From the IMG/VR virus record IMGVR_UViG_3300031965_000037, positions 1-55,181 of that record: a stretch of DNA of 55,181 nucleotides. One strand, given 5' to 3'. Below, in pieces: positions 48,879 to 55,181 of the stretch. A program made the translations under genes and the position numbers. Numbering within the stretch: position 1 is the first letter of the stretch; each line of letters opens with the position of its first letter. The notes beneath the pieces were generated by a model that ran no database searches, was not told the DNA's origin, and was given only the letters and a program-made list of their open reading frames with translations. This DNA is from a virus. Lineage: Duplodnaviria; Caudoviricetes.

Positions 48879-49622
48879 TCAGAAGGGTGTTTGGATTTCG
48901 CTGGGGTCGACATTCTCCTCGGGGTCATGCAGCAAGGTCCGATGGAATTCAGGGGCGCGGCCCGTACCCGCTTCAGCTGCGGGGACTGAGACAGCTGCGG
49001 GGACTGAGACAGCTGCGGGGAATGAGACAGCTGCGGGAGTGGTCGCGTGGGCGGCCACCGCAGGACTCATCGTCGCCTGAGGCATGCCTCCCGGTGTCGG
49101 AGTTGCCGGCGTTTGGCCGGCAACGACTCCAGCGACAGCCTTGAGTGCCGGGCCGAAACGTGCGCGCATCGCGGCGAGATTGCTCGCGTCCGCAGGCTTG
49201 AGGTTCCCGCGCAGCTTCGGCGCCTCAGCGTTGGGGCTGAGATACTCTGCCTGCATGCGCGTGCGCCCCTCCCACTCCCTCGATGTCACGTCGGCGATCA
49301 CCATGACCGAGGGCGGGGCTCCTTGGATCGCGTCGAAGTCACCATCCCAAAGCCCGCACTCGACGAGACCGCGAACGAAGCCGTCATTGAGCTCGGTGCC
49401 GCCACGTTTAACCACGCAGGTGTAGTTGTCCACGTAGTAGCCGACCGGCCATTGAGGCGACCACTCCTTTGCTTCAGCAATCCACTTGCTGTGGATCGCG
49501 AGGCGGTAGACGATAGAGCCACTCCCGGTCTTCTCGTTCGTCTGGAACGACCACGCGACGGGGAACGCGCGGTAAGTGCCGTCTTCGGGCACAATTTGCT
49601 GTGTGTAGTCTTCGAGTTTCAT
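48879..49622 (-). CDS. Putative single-stranded DNA-binding protein (DUF669-like)
   Basis: PEDGTYRA start, OB-like core, Pro/Ala linker with 3x AAVS(V/F)P, acidic tail ending PF; next to the Sak4-like gene. Confidence 0.6.
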   Translation of the reverse strand: MKLEDYTQQIVPEDGTYRAFPVAWSFQTNEKTGSGSIVYRLAIHSKWIAEAKEWSPQWPVGYYVDNYTCVVKRGGTELNDGFVRGLVECGLWDGDFDAIQGAPPSVMVIADVTSREWEGRTRMQAEYLSPNAEAPKLRGNLKPADASNLAAMRARFGPALKAVAGVVAGQTPATPTPGGMPQATMSPAVAAHATTPAAVSFPAAVSVPAAVSVPAAEAGTGRAPEFHRTLLHDPEENVDPSEIQTPF

Positions 49623-49693
49623 TTTCAGAGCCTTGTTGTTGTGATGATGATTCAGATTCGTTTTCGTTCGGTTCGGTTCGGTTCGCGACAATG

Positions 49694-50572
49694 TCATTTG
49701 ATGCCCAGCAAGGTCCAGATCTCGCCAGGGTTGCTTAAGTCGTAGTTGATCGAGGTCTGGAGTGTTCGGCTCCCGGCCATGTGGCTCGGAAGCGCCTGGG
49801 TGTAGATGGTCCGAGTCCCTGCGCCGACGCCTCTGTTCGACCCCCTCTCGACGGAGACGTCGAAGTTCACAAATACGAGATGGTCACACCACTGGTTCAG
49901 GCGAGCCTTGATCGACCCTTTGCCGTTCTTGTCGCCGCTGAAGATGTGCGGCTCCCAGCGCAGGTACGGCTCACCGCCAGGATTTGGCACCTCTGTTGCG
50001 AACTCGTGGGCGATGATGCAAACGTTCAAGCCCTTAGCACGGATCCGATCAAGGTCGGAAACGAATCCGTCGAACTCCGCAGAGACGTACTGCCAGCCGG
50101 CGCCCCAGCCGAATCCCTCGATCGTGTCGACACGCATGCCCTCTTTGGTGCGCTTGTGCACGAGGACGTGGTCAGCAGCTAAGAGCTGCACGACGGTAGC
50201 TGAGTCGATCACGATCGATCGGACACCCTCGGGCGGATCAAGCTCGATGTTCGCCAATCCCCCACGTAGCTCAGCCCAGCTCTTCGGCGTTGCGCGCGAA
50301 ACATTCAGCTTGCGGCTTCCCTCCTCGAGGTCGATGAAAAGAGGGCCCGGAAGAAACGCGGCTGCGGTCGTCTTGCCGACGCCGGTCGGTCCGTAAAGCA
50401 TGATGCGGTCCGCGCCCTGGATAGTGCCGGATGAAATTTCCAGTTTGAATCGCTCGGGGATCGTGGCCCTTGGGTTGACGGTGACCGCCCGACTCGGGGC
50501 GGGCGGTGTAAGCGACCGACTCGGGGCGGGCGGTGTAGGTGAAGGCGAAGGCGAAGGCGAAGGCGAAGGCAT
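49694..50572 (-). CDS. Sak4-like AAA ATPase (recombinase)
   Basis: MLYGPTGVGKTT, FIDLEEG, IVIDS, GWGAGW, IIAH; Pro/Ser-repeat N-terminus. Confidence 0.85.
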   Translation of the reverse strand: MPSPSPSPSPSPTPPAPSRSLTPPAPSRAVTVNPRATIPERFKLEISSGTIQGADRIMLYGPTGVGKTTAAAFLPGPLFIDLEEGSRKLNVSRATPKSWAELRGGLANIELDPPEGVRSIVIDSATVVQLLAADHVLVHKRTKEGMRVDTIEGFGWGAGWQYVSAEFDGFVSDLDRIRAKGLNVCIIAHEFATEVPNPGGEPYLRWEPHIFSGDKNGKGSIKARLNQWCDHLVFVNFDVSVERGSNRGVGAGTRTIYTQALPSHMAGSRTLQTSINYDLSNPGEIWTLLGIK

Positions 50573-50630
50573 GGGTGTTGCTTTTTGAATTGGGGTGATG
50601 CAGGGATGCAGGTAAGTGATGCGGAGGCCG

Positions 50631-51626
50631 CTAAGCCTCCGCTGAGTCGTCGTCGAGCTCGCGGTGCGCGACCCCTCGGAAGTGATACCCGTCCGGCGCA
50701 GGATCTCCGGCTTGGGGGCGGATGTTGTTCGAGCAGAGTGCAAAATACTGGCAGCGGCCAAAGTCCTGGCAACTATCAGGGTTCCGATGCATCAACTGAT
50801 ACGCCTGCGCGTACTCGATCAGCTCTGCCTGCTGAAGGACGTTGTCGATCAGCGTCTGGAAGTCCTCGGCGGACCGGTAGACCGGCATGCGACGGAAGTA
50901 CTTCTCCGGCTGATCGCCCATGTCTGCGGTGAGCCGCGCGCCGTACATGCGATCAGTCTCTTGCCCGTTTAGTTCAGCCGCGTCGATCTCGTCGAGCGAG
51001 AAGTGCTCGTCGTAGTAGACGCCGCCTTTGTCCGGCGATGCGAGGGCCTCCTTGCGCATGCGACCTGCGTCTTTTTTTGCCAGAGCTTTGGGCCGAATGG
51101 TTGGCTTTCGCACGACGTCGTAGACGATGAACACGGGAACTTCTTCGTCGGAAATCGCGTACAGTCCTACTTGTGTGTCGAGCGGCAACTTCGCCCAGTA
51201 CATCGAGTCGTCACCGATATCCGACGAGGTGGTTTTGCGTTCAAGCAGCCCCTTGCGACCATCTTTGTCTCGGATTCGCAGGTCGCGTCGCCCGCGGAAA
51301 GTCTTGCCTCCGACATCGAAGCTGAATCGACCCTCCGCGTCGATCACGTCGAACGATTGGTCCTGGTAGTACCACTCGTAGGCGGCAAACATGCGGCGGA
51401 GCTTTTCGGACCAGAGCGACGATGGCGCTCTTTTGCTGATGACCTCGAAGGGGTCTCCTCCTTTAGTCCGCGCCTCGTGGGCATCGTGCCAAAGAGTCCC
51501 GACGTCACGAGCTTCGGCGTCATCGTGATCCGGCGTGAGCCGGAGATTGTAGTTGAGATCGTACTCGGTGAGGCACCTCCGAGCGCACGCGAGGGATGAA
51601 TTGGTGTAGCTCTTTTCCTTTTCCAT
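50631..51626 (-). CDS. Cas4/AddB-like PD-(D/E)xK exonuclease
   Basis: N-terminal Cys, GTLWH, D...ERKT, QVGLY, C-terminal CQDFGRCQYFALC. Confidence 0.8.
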   Translation of the reverse strand: MEKEKSYTNSSLACARRCLTEYDLNYNLRLTPDHDDAEARDVGTLWHDAHEARTKGGDPFEVISKRAPSSLWSEKLRRMFAAYEWYYQDQSFDVIDAEGRFSFDVGGKTFRGRRDLRIRDKDGRKGLLERKTTSSDIGDDSMYWAKLPLDTQVGLYAISDEEVPVFIVYDVVRKPTIRPKALAKKDAGRMRKEALASPDKGGVYYDEHFSLDEIDAAELNGQETDRMYGARLTADMGDQPEKYFRRMPVYRSAEDFQTLIDNVLQQAELIEYAQAYQLMHRNPDSCQDFGRCQYFALCSNNIRPQAGDPAPDGYHFRGVAHRELDDDSAEA

Positions 51627-51671
51627 GATTTAGCTCCTAGCGTTTGGGTTTCTGATTGGCGTCGGGGAAGG

Positions 51672-52157
51672 TCACCCGATTCGCTCGGCACACTTCGGCC
51701 CGATGCCAGACTCGATCGACTCCGGCGTGGTCAGCTTGCGATTGCACATGACGCAGTGACCGGCGACGTGCAAGCGGTATCCCTCGCCGAACCAAAATCC
51801 GTGACGATCTTCTTCCGCGCCACGGACGGCGAGGTCGACCCAGATCGCAAGCGTCTGCTCTGTCTTGGAGGTGCCTCGCGACGAGTAGTGGTAGCCGTCG
51901 AGCACGAGACTAGACGGATGTGTGAGTTTGTAACGATTCCAGGCACTCGCCAGCTGGAGATCGTCGTTCCAAAATGCGACCGCGGCGAAATCGCTCTCGT
52001 TGTTCGGTCCGACCAGTAACGAGAGGATCCGTCGGCCCTCCAGCTTGCCCCGAAGTACAGTGTGGAGTTTTATTGTGACGTGCTTGCCCGCCGGTGACGC
52101 GATCGTGTACGTGCCGTTGTGGACGCGCGGGGCTCGAGCTGATTGAGTCGTAGTCAT
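51672..52157 (-). CDS. DUF6011-like zinc-binding protein
   Basis: CVMCNRKLTTPESIESGIGPKCA; ATGA overlap start 52157. Confidence 0.7.
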   Translation of the reverse strand: MTTTQSARAPRVHNGTYTIASPAGKHVTIKLHTVLRGKLEGRRILSLLVGPNNESDFAAVAFWNDDLQLASAWNRYKLTHPSSLVLDGYHYSSRGTSKTEQTLAIWVDLAVRGAEEDRHGFWFGEGYRLHVAGHCVMCNRKLTTPESIESGIGPKCAERIG

Positions 52158-52516
52158 CGCTTGAGTTTTCCACCCAGCGCTCGCTCGAGTCGCGCGATCA
52201 TCTCGAGCGACGGCGTAGTGTCGCGCTCCCATGTGGCGATCGTTGATCGGTCGACGCCGATCTTGGCTGCGAGCGCGACGACGGAGAGCCCGGCGCGTTG
52301 GCGCAAGCGGAACAGTCGCGCCGGGTCCCAGCCGCTCACCGATCGCTTGCGCGGTCCGGGTGACTTGCGGCCACACGTCGGGCATGGCTGGCCCGCCTCG
52401 ACGTAGCGTGCGCGCGCCGTCTTGCGCCCGACGGCGGACGCTCGCAGAGTGAGGCCTGCGACCTTGCGCCTGGTTTTTGAATCCTTCATGGCCTGATTGT
52501 CAGCGGTCGGGGCCAT
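52154..52516 (-). CDS. XRE/Cro-like HTH regulator with CxxC
   Basis: LRQRAGLSVVALAAKIGVDRSTIATWERD.TP; CPTC; GGAGAGG SD before ATG 52516 (alternative start 52489). Confidence 0.85.
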   Translation of the reverse strand: MAPTADNQAMKDSKTRRKVAGLTLRASAVGRKTARARYVEAGQPCPTCGRKSPGPRKRSVSGWDPARLFRLRQRAGLSVVALAAKIGVDRSTIATWERDTTPSLEMIARLERALGGKLKR

Positions 52517-52622
52517 CGCGCAAGCCTCTCCGTGCGGGCTGAAAGCGGTGTGCGCGCCTAAGTCTTGATCCTGGCCGGCTTTGCGAGGGGCTAATAATTG
52601 ATCCCGAATTGATGGATTGTTA

Positions 52623-52650
52623 TTGACCCCACACGTCGATGGGCTACTAT
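52623..52650 (+). promoter_or_regulatory. Sigma70-like promoter for the accessory/repeat gene array
   Basis: TTGACC-N16-TACTAT in an AT-rich divergent intergenic patch. Confidence 0.6.
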
Positions 52651-52731
52651 CTATCCATGCCTCGCAGTGAGGCCCGAAAAAAAGAACCAAGATCCGAGCG
52701 AACCAAGATCTCGAGCGAAGGAATCAATCAA

Positions 52732-52974
52732 ATGACTACGATCAACATCTACCGCAACGACGTCTGGGCAGGCACTGGCACGCTTACAGACGACGGTCTC
52801 ATCGATGACTGCGCTGCGATCCTGGGCCCCGACCAGGACGCGAGCGACACGACCTACACAGCGATCGAGGACGCGATCTCAGACGAGCCCCAGGATGATC
52901 GGTACACCGGCGCTGGCAGCGTCGAGCGGCCTGACGGCACGTACACCTGGACGCTCGAGGAGGTGGCGCGATGA
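52732..52974 (+). CDS. Acidic hypothetical protein (first gene of the array)
   Basis: AAGGA SD, ATG 52732; Asp/Glu-rich; ends EEVAR* at the junction motif. Confidence 0.75.
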   Translation: MTTINIYRNDVWAGTGTLTDDGLIDDCAAILGPDQDASDTTYTAIEDAISDEPQDDRYTGAGSVERPDGTYTWTLEEVAR

Positions 52975-53246
52975 GACGCTACACCATCCCCTGGTGGCTG
53001 GAGCTAGGCCGCCCCCCCGGAGAGACTGGCCAGATCGTCCAGTCTAGCTACGGCGTCGATCTCCAGCTCGGAGTGGCCGTGCGCCACACCATCGATAAAT
53101 CTGACGGCGCTGAGTCGTGGGCCATCTGCGACCTCACCTACGAGGAGCTGGGCGAGCTGGAGCACTGGTGCTCGGATCGCGGCGCGCCGGACGTGGCGGG
53201 CGTCTGGAGGCTGGTCGAGGCGATCGTGGAAGAGGTGCCGCAATGA
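52971..53246 (+). CDS. Hypothetical protein
   Basis: AGGTG-N5-ATGA junction at both ends. Confidence 0.75.
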   Translation: MRRYTIPWWLELGRPPGETGQIVQSSYGVDLQLGVAVRHTIDKSDGAESWAICDLTYEELGELEHWCSDRGAPDVAGVWRLVEAIVEEVPQ

Positions 53247-53782
53247 AGCACTACACCCACGACGAGTGGCTCGCTGGCGCGGTCCTCGATGACGGTGTCT
53301 ACTGGCGCGAGTCCAACGGCGAGAGCGTCGAGGTCGAGTCCGATGGTGTCGCGCAATACGGGTTGCGCGGCGACGCGAACGGCTCGATCACGGTGCGCGC
53401 GGGCGTGGGATACGCGCGCTCCTATCGCGACGGCGAGGGCGTGGGGAACGCGATCTCCGATCGCGACGGCTATGGCGAGGGAGACGCGATCTCCAATCGC
53501 GACGGCTATGGCGAGGGAGACGCGATCTCCTATCGCGGCGGCGCTGGCGCGGGATCCGCGATCGAGACGGACGCCAGCGGCACACGACGTCAGGTGGATG
53601 CCCCCTCGATCGCCTACACCTGCGCGGCAGGGAACGGCTGGCTGCGCGTGGGCTGCGAGCTGCACGATCTCGCGACCTGGTGCCGGGATGCGGACGAGAT
53701 CGACGCGCGACACGGCGACGGGATCGCTGAGCGGACTCGCGCGCTGGCCGAGCGGCTGGGGATCGAGGAGGTGCCGCAATGA
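53243..53782 (+). CDS. Repeat-family paralog D (179 aa; 4 units; full C-terminal domain)
   Basis: MKHYTHDEWLAGAVL head from ATG 53243; 4 x 12-aa units; LRVGCELHDLATW. Confidence 0.85.
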   Translation: MKHYTHDEWLAGAVLDDGVYWRESNGESVEVESDGVAQYGLRGDANGSITVRAGVGYARSYRDGEGVGNAISDRDGYGEGDAISNRDGYGEGDAISYRGGAGAGSAIETDASGTRRQVDAPSIAYTCAAGNGWLRVGCELHDLATWCRDADEIDARHGDGIAERTRALAERLGIEEVPQ

Positions 53783-55181
53783 AGCACTACACGCACGACG
53801 AGTGGATCGCTGGCGCGGTCCTCGAGGACGGTGTCTGGTGGCGCGAAGCCGCCGGCGAGAGCGTCGAGGTCGAGTCCGATGGTGTCGCGCGATACGGGCT
53901 ACGTGGCGACGCGAACGGCTCGATCACTGTGCGCGCGGGCGTGGGATACGCGATCTCCGATCGCTTCGGCGACGGGGAGGGATACGCGCGCTCCATACGC
54001 TACGGCGCTGGCGAGGGAGACGCGGTCTCCATACGCGGCGGCGATGGCGAGGGAGACGCGATCTCCAATCGCGACGGCGAGGGCGCGGGATACGCGATCT
54101 CCACTCGCGACGGTGAGGGCGATGGATACGCGCGCTCCTATCGCAGCGGCGCTGGCGCGGGATACGCGCGCTCCTATCGCAGCGGCGCTGGCGCGGGATA
54201 CGCGATCTCCGATCGCGGCGGCGATGGCGAGGGATACGCGCGCTCCTATCGCAACGGCGAGGGCGAGGGAGACGCGCGCTCCTATCGCGGCGGCGCTGGC
54301 GCGGGATACGCGATCTCCGATCGCGGCGGCGAGGGCGTGGGGAACGCGCACTCCACTCGCAACGGCTATGGCGAGGGATACGCGCGCTCCTATCGCAACG
54401 GCGAGGGCGAGGGAGACGCGATCTCCGATCGCGACGGCGAGGGCGATGGAGACGCGATCTCCAATCGCGACGGCGAGGGCGCGGGAGACGCGATCTCCTA
54501 TCGCGGCGGCGATGGCGAGGGAGACGCGCGCTCCTATCGCGACGGCGAGGGCGAGGGGAACGCGGTCTCCTATCGCTTCGGCGCTGGCGTGGGATACGCG
54601 ATCTCCGATCGCTTCGGCGCTGGCGCGGGATACGCGCGCTCCTATCGCGACGGCGATGGCGCGGGGAACGCGGTCTCCGATCGCGGCGGCGATGGCGAGG
54701 GAGACGCGCGCTCCTATCGCAACGGCTATGGCGATGGAGACGCGATCTCCGATCGCGGCGGCGCTGGCGAGGGAGACGCGATCTCCGATCGCGACGGCGA
54801 GGGCGTGGGGAACGCGGTCTCCACTCGCTTCGGCTGCGGTGCGGGATACGCGCGCTCCGATCGCGGCGGCGATGGCGCGGGATACGCGCGCTCCTATCGC
54901 GACGGCGAGGGCGTGGGGAACGCGGTCTCCACTCGCTTCGGCGCTGGCGCGGGATACGCGCGCTCCTATCACTTCGGCTGCGGCGCCGGATCCGCGATCG
55001 AGACGGACGCCAGCGGCACACGACGTCAGGTGGATGCCCCCTCGATCGCCTACACCTGCGCGGCAGGGAACGGCTGGCTGCGCGTGGGCTGCGAGCTGCA
55101 CGATCTCGCGACCTGGTGCCGGGATGCGGACGAGATCGACGCGCGACACGGCGACGGGATCGCTGAGCGGACTCGCGCGCT
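53779..55181 (+). CDS. Repeat-family paralog E (479 aa after circularisation; 29 units); absent from the ORF track because it crosses the end
   Basis: ATG 53779, MKHYTHDEWIAGAVLEDG head; open to the contig end and on to TGA 162-164. Confidence 0.85.
   Translation, partial: MKHYTHDEWIAGAVLEDGVWWREAAGESVEVESDGVARYGLRGDANGSITVRAGVGYAISDRFGDGEGYARSIRYGAGEGDAVSIRGGDGEGDAISNRDGEGAGYAISTRDGEGDGYARSYRSGAGAGYARSYRSGAGAGYAISDRGGDGEGYARSYRNGEGEGDARSYRGGAGAGYAISDRGGEGVGNAHSTRNGYGEGYARSYRNGEGEGDAISDRDGEGDGDAISNRDGEGAGDAISYRGGDGEGDARSYRDGEGEGNAVSYRFGAGVGYAISDRFGAGAGYARSYRDGDGAGNAVSDRGGDGEGDARSYRNGYGDGDAISDRGGAGEGDAISDRDGEGVGNAVSTRFGCGAGYARSDRGGDGAGYARSYRDGEGVGNAVSTRFGAGAGYARSYHFGCGAGSAIETDASGTRRQVDAPSIAYTCAAGNGWLRVGCELHDLATWCRDADEIDARHGDGIAERTRA
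53944..54987 (+). repeat. 36-bp coding tandem array, 29 units
   Basis: Same consensus as 2187-3014. Confidence 0.9.
55055..55181. repeat. Terminal direct repeat (copy of 1-127)
   Basis: Exact match to the window start. Confidence 0.9.

Noticed and set aside
50631-51626. Cas4-like gene as part of a CRISPR-Cas system
   Set aside because: It is a solo nuclease in a Sak4/SSB recombination module, a common phage arrangement
53944-54987. Canonical diversity-generating retroelement
   Set aside because: No reverse transcriptase, no Avd and no non-coding template repeat seen; variants occur as linked blocks
53899-55149. Long alternative-frame and antisense ORFs over the repeats (also 2068-3111, 2167-3273, 53924-55021)
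   Set aside because: By-products of a stop-free GC-rich 36-bp unit; only the MxxYTH frame has SD/ATGA coupling and conserved flanking domains

Overview
This window looks like an essentially complete, GC-rich tailed-phage genome (siphovirus-like, HK97-type head, lambda-like tail tip). Bases 1-127 are identical to 55055-55181, so it probably circularises at about 55,054 bp. The same 127-mer also occurs at 53619-53745, so the join needs read support. There are four blocks. (i) A + strand accessory region wraps the contig ends (52732 -> 55181/1 -> ~5900). (ii) A + strand block runs from an SMC-like ATPase and a beta-helix protein through terminase, a portal-MuF fusion, protease, capsid, neck, tail and lysis-like genes (6167-40255). 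(iii) A - strand replication/recombination arm (52516 -> 40349) encodes an HTH protein, Cas4-like nuclease, Sak4-like ATPase, SSB-like protein, ERCC4 nuclease, RecD2, primase-ATPase and an intact Cys-type sulfatase. (iv) A divergent promoter region lies at ~52.6 kb. I recognised no integrase, DNA polymerase, reverse transcriptase, tRNA, CRISPR array or clear endolysin. The most unusual element is a family of five paralogous genes with a constant 55-aa head and 1, 4, 6, 23 or 29 copies of a 36-bp/12-aa G-x-A-x-S-x-R-x-G-x-G-x unit whose alternate residues are hypervariable. They sit in a gene array joined by a stereotyped AGGTG-N5-ATGA junction that appears to double as a recombination point. 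All product calls come from visual motif recognition; no searches were run.
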